Shown: piece after piece, positions 51,367 through 63,383 of the stretch
Layout of the letters: each line of letters opens with the position of its first letter
How positions within the stretch are numbered: the stretch's first letter is position 1
Assembly: GCF_022045235.1 (NCBI RefSeq)
Contig: NW_027266343.1
Location: 16,926,001 to 16,990,000 of the forward strand
Reading direction: 5' to 3'
From: Haliotis cracherodii
Lineage: Eukaryota
Length of the DNA stretch: 64,000 nucleotides
Program-made: the position numbers and the translations under genes
Notes under the pieces: generated by a model
Told to the model about the DNA's origin: nothing
Databases searched by the model: none
The model's input: the letters and a program-made list of their open reading frames with translations, nothing else

Positions 51367-53504
51367 CGCATGGACACCAGAATGACCTTTACACATGGAA
51401 TAATATATATGGATGTCGGCTGAACGGAATGTTAATCAAAATGTTAGAACTAACATTTAATTAAGCGTCGAAACATTTAAATGAAAATGTTTCTGAGAGT
51501 TATCGGATCTGTTTAGATGTCTGAAAATAGTATTCTTTTCAACACATGCTTGTTTGTACTTACATCAACATTAAAATGTGTCAAAAATGCTGATTTCAGA
51601 GGTTTTCGGAAAGTGGTTTCTAAATATTTGAACATCAGCAAGTCTATGCATTCGTGACCCAACTCGTGTTATTCCGGGAAAAGCCGAATAGCGACTCGTG
51701 CCCCTCTCATGGCCATTTTTGCGACCGGGTTCCGTCTTAGCGCAGACGGGCATACCTAAAACAATTGTCAACTCGTTGCGTAATGGTTCACATTTATTTC
51801 CCCATATGTTATATATATTTCAGATGAAATTTAAAGCACATCGAGACATGTGGAATTATACAGTATGATTGAACACATTTAACTGTGTCTTGGGTATATT
51901 TTTAGATGCAAAACATATGTAAAATAAAAAAATATTTCTGAGGGATTCTTTGACGAAGAACTTGAAATCATACGCGCATTCTGATTGGTTTGTCGTATTT
52001 TCGCGCATAACATTCATCGATAGGGGGACGATTTTACAGTGAATGGCGTCGGTCGCTTTAACTGAGTTTCATTGTAATTGATCATACCGTTTAATATATT
52101 GCATACTCTGTTTTCAAATTCATAATACACGACCAAGCCCGTCCCTGATTCATCTACAGATAATTTACGAGAAAAAATGCAATGTATGATTTGACGGCAG
52201 ATGTCAACATCATCCATAGAAATTCATCTCTTCTTCACAATCGACGATACAATAAAGATTATCCGGTACGCAGTATTTATTACCAGTTTCCTTGAATTTA
52301 TGCTCTCACAAGTTTCCATTACATTACTGACATACGCACTTAACATAAATACACAATTGTCCATGTACAAGTTAAATGCCTTTCAATGGACTCGATTCTG
52401 TTATCAATAAACGCCTTTCTTACAAATACTTAGAAATTTCGTCACACAAACAGAAGGAAATTTACAATACATACATATCTCGTATTGCAAACATTCAGAG
52501 AGCCTAATAAATCGCGTCGGCGCCGCTTGTCTCCAGATTTCCACAGTTATCAGTGCGATGTGGTCTTAGGTTGGCTTTATTATAGTTTTATTCGAGGAAT
52601 TAAGTCTTAAGGAGAGTTAATAACGAACTTTACAATGATATTATCTGATTAGAATCAACCCTGTGAGTGTCCTTTGACCATAGATTCAACATAAAGCGTG
52701 ATTTGGATATGACAATTATTTAGTATTCTTATGTCAAGAAATGGGATTTATTGTCCCCAGATTCGATCACGTACTTAGTTGGAATTTAATAGATAAATAT
52801 GAAATTTTCGACCGTGTGACATGTTTATTCAGATACGGTAATGAGATGTCAAATCTGATACTATCTGAGTCTATCTGTGTTGATTTGAGAGATATGGACC
52901 TTGAACGATTTTATTATTGAGCTGTTATATTTAATTGCGTCCATAACAGTGGTACAACAGGAAAGCTGCCTCTGTCGTCGCATTGGATACGATATTTGCA
53001 GCTTCTTGTAACAATGACAAGGCAGTGGTCATTTAGAATGGAAACTACAGGGCTTGGACAAGCTTATTTAAGAAATATGAAGACTTTAAATTTCTTGAAC
53101 CTTCTTGATGGAATCGAAATCAGGCTTTGTGCATTACTCACTTTAATGTTTGACTGATATATGTGTTGTTTGTGCCACATTATTCCAGCTATATGTACAT
53201 TATCTTGTCTAGAGCAGACAGAAACAGTGATTGATATTATGAGCATCGCATGATGACATGCAATCAACCATGTTGCATAGCCTGACCACCAGATCATACG
53301 TCGTCTCTTGTGACTAGTATAGGATGGGGACCAGTTTCATATTTCATACCAGTAAGCAGTTACGATAGTGTTGGCAGAAATATCATTATCGCTTGGGTAC
53401 TGTAGCTGAACATGACACCGATGTGATATCAAGTCAGTCGAGGTGATTCAGTGGGACATTGTCCAATATATGTACTAGTACATTAAGTCAAACACCCATG
53501 GTCG

Positions 53505-55015
53505 GCTGTCAACTGTCTACCATGGTGTGGTCAGCTGTCTACCGTGATGTGGTCAGCTGTCTGTCTACCGTGGTGTGGTTAACTGTCCACAGCGGTGTGG
53601 TTAACTGTCTAACATGGTGTGGTGAACTGTCTGCCGTGGTGTGGTTAGTTGTCTACCATGGTGTGGTTAACTGTCTACCGTGGTGTGGTGAACTGTCTAC
53701 CGTGGTGTGGTAAACTGTCTACCGTGGTGTGGTGATCTGTCTAACGTTGTGTGGTTAACTGTCTACCGTAGTGTGGTGAACTGTTTACAGTGGTGTGGTG
53801 AACTGTCTAACGTGGTGTGGCCAGCTGTCTGCCGTGGTGTGGTGAACTGTCTACCGTGGTGTGGTGAACTGTCTGCCGTGGTGTGGTGAACTGTTTACAG
53901 TGGTGTGGTGAACTGTCTAACGTGGTGTGGCCAGCTGTCTGCCGTGGTGTGGTGAACTGTCTACCGTGGTGTGGTGAACTGTCTGCCGTGGTGTGGTGAA
54001 CTGTTTACAGTGGTGTGGTGAACTGTCTAACGTGGTGTGGCCAGCTGTCTGCCGTGGTGTGGTGAACTGTCTACCGTGGTGTGGTGAACTGTCTGCCGTG
54101 GTGTGGTGAACTGTCTACCATGGTGTGGTGAACTGTCTACCGTGGTGTGGTTAACTGTCTACCATGGTGTGGTGAACTGTCTGCCATGGTGTGGTGAACT
54201 GTCTGCCGTGGTGTGGTGAACTGTCTACGGTGGTGTGGTGAACTGTCTAACGTGGTGTGGCCAGCTGTCTACCGTGGTGTGGTTAACTGTCTACCATGGT
54301 GTGGTCAACTGTCTAACGTGGTGTGGCCAGCTGTCTACCGTGGTGTGGTTAACTGTCTACCATGGTGTGGTCAGCTGTCTACAGTGATGTGGTCAACTGT
54401 CTACAGTGGTGTGGTCAGCTGTCTGCAGTGGTGTGGTCAACTGTCTACAGTGGTGTGGTCAGCTGTCTACAGTGGTGTGGTCAGCTGTCTACAGTGGTGT
54501 GGTCAGCTGTTTACAGTGGTGTGGTCAGCTGTCTACGGTGGTGTGGTCAGCTGTTTACAGTGGTGTGGTCAGCTGTCTACGGTGGTGTGGTCAACTATCT
54601 ACCGTGGTGTGGTCAGCTGTCTACTATGGTGTGGTTAACTGTCTACCATGGTGTGGTCAGCTGTCTACAGTGATGTGGTCAACTGTCTACAGTGGTGTGG
54701 TCAGCTGTCTGCAGTGGTGTGGTCAACTGTCTACAGTGGTGTGGTCAGCTGTCTACAGTGGTGTGGTAAGCTGTCTACAGTGGTGTGGTCAGCTGTTTAC
54801 AGTGGTGTGGTCAGCTGTCTACGGTGGTGTGGTCAGCTGTTTACAGTGGTGTGGTCAGCTGTCTACGGTGGTGTGGTCAACTATCTACCGTGGTGTGGTC
54901 AGCTGTCTACTATGGTGTGGTCAGCTGTCTACTATGGTGTGGTCAGCTGTCCATAGTGGTGTGGTCAACTGTCTGTAGTGGTGAGGTCAGCTGTCTACAA
55001 CGGTGTGGTCAGCTA
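53505..55015. repeat. 22-bp minisatellite, ~68 copies, with 110-bp and 286-bp higher-order repeats
   Basis: Unit GTGGTGTGGTCAGCTGTCTACA. CTGTTTACAG recurs at 53781, 53891 and 54001; the TGATG variant at 54385 and 54671. Confidence 0.97.
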
Positions 55016-55959
55016 TTAACCAAGGTATCGAATAAATGCAAGCCATTTACAGCCAACGGAGAATATATGCTAGACGTCGTGTTCACTGAGCTATTAAATC
55101 GTAAACCTTCAAAACAAAGGAAGCGAAGAATTTAGCTTTCACGTTTCATATTATAACATCGCGGTGCGTTTTAGGTGTGTATATGTTTATACGTGATGTC
55201 CAATTGGTATTATTCGCAGCTATTCAATGTGAAGAGTAGCGTCCCTTTTCTGCCAGGATCCGCTGACTCTGAATCCCTAATATGTTCCAGTTATGATCTG
55301 TAAGCATCCAATCTCGCCTTGGGCTTTACCTTGGACTTGTGGCACACTATGAATGCAATTACTTTGCCTTGCAATTATAAAGCACTGTAAATATTTTAGC
55401 CTTCGTGTATGCATATGTCAGAATGCTAATAGCCGAGTGAACTGGCAGAAAAATATTGACGAACACCCGACATTTGAAATTGGAGGAGACTCTTTCTAAA
55501 TCGAAATATTCGGCTTAGAAAGCGTTCGATGTACTCAGATCGTTGATTTTTTTAAACGTTTGGTCGAATTCGCACACGACTATAAACACAGCAGTTGAGA
55601 AGTGGTTGATTTGCCTACAGGGACATAAACAAAAATTCCATATCTAGAATATGACAAATATAATTAATCGTTTATTTGAAGGATACGGAACTATTTTAAG
55701 TATGTTTTAGAGCGCTCATTCCAAGCGCTTTTTAATACCAAAAATAAGGCTTACGCTATTGTATTATTTGGGTGCACCTTTGTTTTTTACGGATACGTTT
55801 ATGATGAGTATTTAAACTGTCATGACCAGAACGGGAATTCCATTGTGACGTTAAGTCTTCCAGTCTTTGGGTGTCGCTCGATGACTTCCTTTAACTGAGT
55901 GAGTCAGTGTTGTATGTTACATGGAACAACCCACTTTAGACAAACATCGGAAAACGGTC

Positions 55960-56175
55960 CGTTTAGTGGTCAAAGGTGCCTCAACTCTCTGTGTAGAGTT
56001 ACGTCCCTTAGCCTGCATCCGCTGCCGTGGGTTCGAATCCCAGATTAGTATTCGTCTTCAGCACCAAAGTGGTAAACGTCCAAGATCTGAATCTCTTCGG
56101 GCTTTCCTCCCACATCAAGCTGACACGCCGTGATATAACTGGAATACTGTTAAAAGCGTCGCTACACCAACCCCA
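55960..56175 (+). mobile_element. SINE family C-related copy, decayed
   Basis: GTGGGTTCGAATCCC...CGGGCTTTCCTCCCACATCAAGCTGACACGCCGTGATATAACTGG. Confidence 0.7.
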
Positions 56176-56689
56176 TCGCACGAGAGATCGGACATTATGA
56201 AAATGCACCAGTTATAATTACGACCATAAGCACTTAATATCACTGCATTATCCAAACTAAGTCAGTGGAGCAAGTTTACATTTCGACAGACCCTTACTTT
56301 CCTTTTGATAAATTTGAATACATTTCCAACCACATAGGGAACTACGTGTCCGAAGTTTTAAGTGTGGTTTCAAAGTACTTTCAAGTGTTTGAAAAGGTCC
56401 AACTCAATTAATTCAAGGACATAAAGTGTACGTCTAATTACTATGGCACGCGAATTTGTCAATAACATCATGCACGCCAGTTCTCCTAGTGTAGAACAGA
56501 GTGATGGGGCTCAAATTACCATGTTCATTACTAATTAGACTGATGGTGTATCCGCGCTGTCCACCCATACGGAAACTATACAGTGTGCTTGGGTTGACAA
56601 TTGGCCTCGAGGCCCTATCTGCCAGGACAAGTGCTTCCGATCTTCCATTTCACACTAAACAACCACGCGATGGGGGTGGCGCGGCCGGG

Positions 56690-57230
56690 ATCTCACTTGG
56701 CTGGGATTGTTGTTAATTTCATTAAAGATAGACATCGAGTGATACTAAAAGGCTGGCAGATCCATGGTAACACGTGATCGCCGGTCCGTCTCTCACTTGG
56801 ATCATAGTTAATTGCATTAAAGTAGACATCGAATAATACTAAATGGCTGGAAGATCTATGCTATTACGTAATATTCGGTGGGACTCTTTCTTGAATTATA
56901 TTTTAATTTCATTTAAAGGTAGACATCGAGTAATATTAAAACGCTTGAAGATATGCGGTAACACGTGATCTCCTGTGGGACTCTCACTGGCATTGTTGTT
57001 AATTTTATTAAAGGTAGACATCGTGTAACACTAAAAGGCTGGAAGGTCGATGGTAACACATGATCTTCGGTGGGGCTCTTTCTTGGATTATCTTTAATTT
57101 CATTTAAGGTAGTCATCGAGTCATACTAACAGGCTTGAGGATATGTGGTAACACGTGATCGCCTGTCGGACTTTCACTGGGATTGTTGTTAATTTTATTA
57201 AAGGTACACATCGAGTCAGACTAAAAGGCT
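56690..57230. repeat. ~96-bp tandem repeat, 5-6 diverged copies with alternating (dimer) structure
   Basis: AGACATCGAG-like anchors near 56730, 56824, 56921, 57017, 57111 and 57207. Confidence 0.85.
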
Positions 57231-57502
57231 GTGGCCTTTTCATGTCAAATAATGGGATTCTCAATAAATTCATGTCAGAGGCACAACATCTGGATTGAAC
57301 AAACAGTCAAAAAACAGTCGTATAACAAACAGTCAATCGATAAAGCATGTAACTGCCCTGCTGGCTACCTTTCCATTGACAAACTTTTGTAACGTCGCTT
57401 TTTATAATTATCGCAATTATATCACAGCGTGTCAGATTGTTTGGATGAAAGCTCAAAGTGATGCAGGCCATTTTGATCATAGGTCAAGGATCAAGGTATA
57501 GC

Positions 57503-57570
57503 TCCGAGTCTCGGATTTGAACCCGAGCCCGGAGAACTGAGGCGCCTTAGACCACTCGGCCACCCATGCC
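57503..57570 (-). pseudogene. tRNA-Leu-like remnant or isolated SINE head lacking an anticodon arm
   Basis: GGGTGGCCGAGTGGTCTAAGGCGCC-TCAGTTCTCCGGGCTC-GGGTTCAAATCC. D-arm and T-arm resemble tRNA-Leu; the middle is deleted and no acceptor stem is evident. Confidence 0.6.
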
Positions 57571-57872
57571 ATGGCATCTTTAATCATTTTGATCTGCAGT
57601 AATACAAATTTGCTTTCACATCTATCGTCCAGGTACGTATGAATCAAATGGGAAACATATTTGGATAATAAATTATTCTCTAGCAAATATTTTGTATTAA
57701 TTTAAGACATGCTCTGCGTTTAATGTAACCTATCCCAGTACGAAAGCGTCGGGAAATGATTTGGTTCCTATACTGAGAACTTCGGTCGACTCTGCAACGT
57801 CGGCAATATAACAATTATGTGAGGCACAGTAACACTACATCATTTTATTTGGTTTGTGAAGACATTTCATTC

Positions 57873-58094
57873 GTTTGTTTGTTTGTTATAAGCGCAATAT
57901 TCCAGCAATATGAAGGCCGTCTGTAAATAATCGAGTCTGGTCAAGCCAAACTAGAGATTGCCGTCATGAGCATCGATCTACGCAATTGGAATACGATGTC
58001 ATGTATCAACCAAGGCTTGCCACCCGATCCCGTTAGTCGCCTCTTACGACAAACATGGTTTGCCGAATACGAATTCTAACCAGGATCTTCACGG
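57873..58094 (-). mobile_element. Retroposon family A copy
   Basis: CCGTGAAGATCCTGGTTAGAAT at the 5' end; (CAAA)n tail. Confidence 0.8.
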
Positions 58095-59066
58095 ATTATA
58101 CTTCAGTGGTAACGGGACTGGGTAATTTAGTAATAGAGTCTGAAATAAACATGTTCTCTTACGTTCCATCTTAATCCATCTGCCAACTTGTTTACTTTAC
58201 GGGAACGTATGCAAGCCACGGATCATAACACGGACTTTCGAACCCCAGTTAAGCGGATCCTGTCACGGTTAGGGGACACAACTCTGCACATGGAGATCGC
58301 GATACGCTGAAAAACTTTGCCAATACTACCCAACGTTTACTAATTTCCCAGTCTGAATATGTCCCTATTAAAAGTTTTCAATGACATGCGATCTACTAAA
58401 CACATTCAGTGTCATATTTATTGACTTCGAATTCTATCTCGTGTATTACCCATCCCTCTGGGGCCGCCTATTTAACACCAATTACATCCGTGGGTTTTAA
58501 TTACTGCTATTTTTCCGAGTGCCTCTCGAGACTGGACAGCGAACCTGTCACTGAAAGGACGACGGGATATGGGTCATTGCAGATGACCCCGACCAACCCG
58601 GACCGGAAGTTGAGGAAAGCTCCACACACCACCGGAAAGCAAGCAGCCGTGCTTTGAATCAAGAAATGTTCAAAATGTCGAAATATGTTTCTTTGATGAA
58701 GAAACGGAAAAAGACGTTAGTTTATTTGATGACACATGAGTATCGGTCACTCAGTTTATATATTCATGTCAAGTATGCTTCCATTCAACGCTACTTTAAT
58801 CACTTGGAATAATATACATTCAGTTCCCCTAAATTCTTGGTGTCCTCTCCCGGAGTTTGGCGGGAATAATGATAGAAGATGCGTAAAACCATTCGCACTT
58901 ACTATAATTCAAGATAAATATCCTTATAGGTTTCAACGATCGTAGATACATGTTTTCTGGTGCATTATTCAATCTAATACAATCATTATAAAGTCGCGTT
59001 TTAGAAAACAAATTATTTCGTTTATCTTTGTGTCATGCATATAATATACATCGTACATGTGTATAT

Positions 59067-59330
59067 GTTTGTTTGTTGTTTAACGCCGCACTCAGCAATA
59101 TTCCAGCATTATGACGGCGATACGTAAATAACCGTGTCTGGACCAGACAATCCAGTGATTGATATCATAAGCATCGATCTATGCTATGACATACGATACG
59201 ATGACATGCATCAGCCATGAGAGCCAACCTTGACCACCCGATCCGATTTGTCGCCTCTTACGCCAATCATAGTCGCCTCGTACGGCAAGCATGGGTTGCT
59301 GAAGACCTATTCTACCCCGGATCACAGGTC
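59067..59330 (-). mobile_element. Retroposon family A copy (duplicated-hairpin variant)
   Basis: Body and tail match; two tandem GTCGCCTC-TACG motifs. Confidence 0.82.
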
Positions 59331-59821
59331 ACATGTGTTTGATAAGGATACAAACATTCGTCAATTTGAGCACACCATCAATCACGCACGATAAACTTAC
59401 AATTCATGGAAGAGGAAGTATATATAATTACAGCTTTGTTTGATGATTACGAAAGGCTCTGCTTACATGTTCCTATTAAGCTATTCAGCATGACAGTGCC
59501 GCTTGGTGTGTAGGGAGTACGTGACACAGTGGCTTGGTGCACAGAACGTACGTGACGTCCTTCAAACTGAATTCATGCGAGTAATGAAACTGTTCAAGTG
59601 CCAAATAATTTTTTTGTTGGAAAGAGCTTTAACGATTTTCGGTTCATGAAGTTAGGCCAAATTAAAAAAGGCTCTTGTTTTTCATGACGTTTATCAAACC
59701 TGACTAAGTCGGTAGTTTTTATTTTGCTATTTTATATTTTTTTAGTAGATTACAAATTTACAAAAGTCAACGTGATTGCAATGTACCACCTAATTACTCC
59801 CCCTGCGCCTCGAGAATATGA

Positions 59822-59986
59822 GGGGCAGTCGGGTAGCCTGGTGGTTAAAGCGCTCGCTCGTCACGCCGAAAACCCGGGTTCGATTCCCGACATGGGTACA
59901 ATGTGTGAAGCCCATTTCCTGTGCCCCCCCGCCGTGATATTGCTGGAATATTGCTAAAAGCGGCGTTAAACCATACTCATTCACTC
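59822..59986 (+). mobile_element. Short tRNA-SINE family B, full length
   Basis: A box TAGCCTGGTGG, B box GGTTCGATTCC, shared 3' tail, ACTC end. Confidence 0.87.
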
Positions 59987-60432
59987 GAGAATATGAAGTT
60001 ATGTTCCCTTGGTCCCATAGCTAGGCTGCCCTGCGATTCCGACATATTTTATTTGAAAAGCATGTGCAAAAAGTCAGAATCTGGTGCAAAAACGGAATTA
60101 GATTTGAAATGTCATCTCTGGAGTCAGCACTGATTTTCACTTATCTATTCCTATTATCTTTCACAGCTATTTTTGCCTTTTACGTCCAATGGAATCTATT
60201 CCGGAGACTGGTTATTCTCTGGTCATACGTATAAGCAGTGCTTAAAAGTGAAAATTAGGGGTACGGGAAATATTTGAGAAACAAGAACTTCATTTCAACC
60301 AGCCTTAATTAAGACTGTTCAGACGTAGCGGTGTGGTGTTCGATGGAATGTACATCATATTACATATTTCCCTGGTTGTTTGAACTAAAATTGCTGTGTT
60401 AGTGATTTCTATACGCGATCGTAATTGGATTC

Positions 60433-60679
60433 AGTGAGTCGCCGCTTTAACAGTATTCCAGTTATGTCGCGGCGTGTCAGCTTAATGTGGGAGGAAAGCC
60501 CGAAGTGATGCAGGTATCAGACGTTTACCACTTCGGTGAAACCCACGAGCACGGGTATAGGGCTGACAAACCTAGAAACATAATCGGGTCGAAGCCGGAT
60601 TCGAACCCACAATCATAGGTCTCTGGCGCGCCCAATGAATGCAACTCTGCACAGCGAATCTTGGTCACCCGTGCTCCCC
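60433..60679 (-). mobile_element. SINE family C copy
   Basis: Reverse-complement match to 19687-19938; same orientation as 1504-1771. Confidence 0.85.
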
Positions 60680-61034
60680 GTAATTGGACACTGTGATGTG
60701 AAATGTTGATTTGACAGGATGATGCGATTAGCTTAGGTTTCGTTCAACAAATGTTAAAATATTGTATATTTCAAATTAGATAAAATCAGTGATTAGCTAT
60801 TCCAGGATAAAAGAATTATGGCTTAAAATAGTGTCAACTTATATACATATCCAGCAGTAATTGTCCGGAATGAAGGGTTTCCGAATTGGCGGGGTCCAGA
60901 CTAACACGGTTTCAGATTCTCAACACAATTGCAACTAACCGTGCTTTCACTGCATTAACCTTTGTCGTCTTAGTTTTGTGTTACTGAGTACTTTACTGTC
61001 CCCTCGTGGACAGAAAAATATTAGTAATTAACGG

Positions 61035-61150
61035 TGTTGTTACTAGTAGCAGTAGCAGTAGCAGTGGCAGTAGTAGTGGTAGCAGTTGAAGTAGTAAGAG
61101 TTTGGACGGTTGTAGCAGCTGGAGTTTTATTAGTAGCAAGTGCAGTACCA
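61035..61150. repeat. (GTA/GCA)n low-complexity tract
   Basis: Read directly. Confidence 0.8.
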
Positions 61151-61162
61151 GAGAAAATATAT

Positions 61163-61399
61163 GTTGTTTGGTTTGGTTTGTTGTTTAACGCCGCACTCAG
61201 CAATATTCCAGCTATATGACGGCGGTCTGTATATAACCGAGTCTGGACCAGACAATCCAGTGACTGGCATCGTGAGCATCGATCCACGCGATTGGGATAC
61301 AATGACATGCATCAACCAAGTCAGCGAGACTGACCACCCGACCCTGTTACGACAAGCAGGGGTTGCTGAAGACCTATTCTACCCCGGATCTTTACGGTT
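61163..61399 (-). mobile_element. Retroposon family A copy
   Basis: Body and tail match; the hairpin region is partly deleted. Confidence 0.83.
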
Positions 61400-62401
61400 C
61401 CAAAGTCTATATGAATTCTATGGCATAATATCAACGGATATCTCGATGCATACGCAATAGACCCCATGACGTGGGAATTCACTGTTATAATATTCTCATG
61501 AGTTTGTGATATGTACTATACAACACTAAAATACATAAAGACTTGCTACGTGGTATACCACGTCAACAATCCTGTCCCTATCTGCAACATCAAACATAAG
61601 ACCGATACGTTATCGCTACTAAATTACCAATCAAACTTGGATAATTGAACCTACTTCACAAACCAAAGTTATCTAATCAACCACAGATTGACAAATTTAT
61701 ACTCACGATAATAATGCTTGTCTTGAAATAACCTTGTTTAGACTCCGGCCGAACGAAACACCTTCCCCGAATCGGCAGAAGCCTTTGATCTCATCCGCAT
61801 GAAATAGATACCGCCGGATGATAGACTGTTGTGTATTGCACGTGGAAATATACTGTTACGTATACGTATTGCATCGAGATATGTCAATCAATCAAAAACG
61901 GGTAATTTGTTTGTCTGACAGGTCATGTTTATTTCACTCAAGGGTGCAGGTGGACAAGGATTGTGTACTTTGCGCCCTAGTTTAAGTAGATTGTTTTATC
62001 GGCCCCCATATTCGTGAGCATAGAAGCGCTTCGCTATGTTGGTGTTGAGGAGTATCTAACGACCAGGGTGATTGTCTTAAGTCTATGTTAAAGTATGGGA
62101 ACAAAGATCGTCTTAGCGCTAAGATCGCTTTGTGGAACGGGGCCCTGGCAGAACAATACACACAGCAAAAAAAAGCAACGAATGTATGGAATTATATTTT
62201 AGGTTTTTGTTACATTACTTTTATTGAGCATTTAATGAATGTTCATACCGATTTATTAGTCATACTATTTTATGAAATATGCCTAACCTATTCAATGGTT
62301 TAGAAGTATATCTTTTTAACCCCAGAGCTCTTCGCATCTCCTTTTGTGCGAAAAAAGCAACCAGAACCAGTTCAAGCATTATTTATATAAGAAACGCGTA
62401 G

Positions 62402-62673
62402 GACCCGTGAAGATTCCGGAGTAGAATAAGTCTTCAGCAACCCATGCTTGCCGTAAAAGGCGACTATGCTTGTCGTAAAAGGCGACTAACGGGATCGGGT
62501 GGTCAGGCTCGCTGACTTGGTTGATGCATGTCATCGATCCCAATTGCGTGGATCGATGCTCATGATATTAATCACTGTATTGTCTGGTCCAGACTCGATT
62601 ATTTACAAACCTCCGTCATATAGCTGGAATATTGCTGAGTGCGGCGTCAAACAACAATCCAAACCAAACCAAA
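62402..62673 (+). mobile_element. Retroposon family A, full length with 13-bp TSD (reference copy)
   Basis: TSD AAGAAACGCGTAG at 62389-62401 and 62674-62686. Starts GACCCGTGAAGATTCC; (CCAAA)n tail. Confidence 0.9.
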
Positions 62674-63218
62674 AAGAAACGCGTAGTGTTTTAAATTATA
62701 TTTTTTACCATAATGGACCTATATTCCATCAATCATCATAAGTTCAAAACGTCTCTTGTTTTAGCGAAACGGACACGTGATCAATTGCATACAAACGCAT
62801 ACAAATATATAGAGGATACTGTGACAATGATTTGATACTCTGGATGAGCTCTGTGGAAGTGTTTTATTTATCCTATTTATGGAAAAATAGGGTTTCATTG
62901 TGATGTAATCTTAAACAAAGACCATTGTTTTGAAGTAAACTGCTTCCTGAAATAAACTACTTTGGAATCCTCATTGGAATGGTCCACTCTGTGTGATACT
63001 GTGTATGCGTACTGCCTCACCTGTGAACATTATGTCAACGTCTTGCGCGCGTTTTCACTAATTCAAACCTTTACGTCTTGTAAATATTCGCTCAATGTTT
63101 CTACGTGTACAGGACCGCTGAATCAATCTAGAAGATTTACAAACATAAGTATAATGCTCAATTTACCCTATGTCAAACAGCTGTAAACCTGCTTAAAGTG
63201 GCCCCTTGTCATACCAAC

Positions 63219-63383
63219 CACAGCGAAACTCCCGTTGATAACTCCGGATTAACACATTTCATATTAATGAAGTATGTCATGTATCATCTGTCCATTTGAA
63301 TATATAGGAGTACTAATGAAAACAACCATATGGCAAGTAATCGTAAGAAAGACAGGTTTCCGGAATAACGGGTGTTTGCTGTG
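63219..63383. mobile_element. Decayed MITE with imperfect TIRs
   Basis: CACAGCGAAACTCCCGTTGATAACTCCGGA ... TCCGGAATAACGGGTGTTTGCTGTG. Confidence 0.55.

Noticed and set aside
52519-52533. BMP/Schnurri-type element GGCGCC-N5-GTCT (also near 21051 and 42184)
   Set aside because: The spacer is 4 or 2 nt, or the orientation is wrong; none matches the required 5-nt spacing.
53459-55135. Cys/Trp/Val-rich ORFs
   Set aside because: Translations of the 22-bp minisatellite in all frames.
59822-59895. Functional tRNA genes at SINE heads (also 42978 and 57503)
   Set aside because: A and B boxes are present but I see no complete cloverleaf; the sequences continue into SINE bodies or lack the anticodon arm.
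62030-62146. PIF/Harbinger-like MITE end with the palindrome TCTTAGCGCTAAGA (related fragment near 45100)
   Set aside because: Only one terminus is recognisable at each site, so the boundaries cannot be supported.
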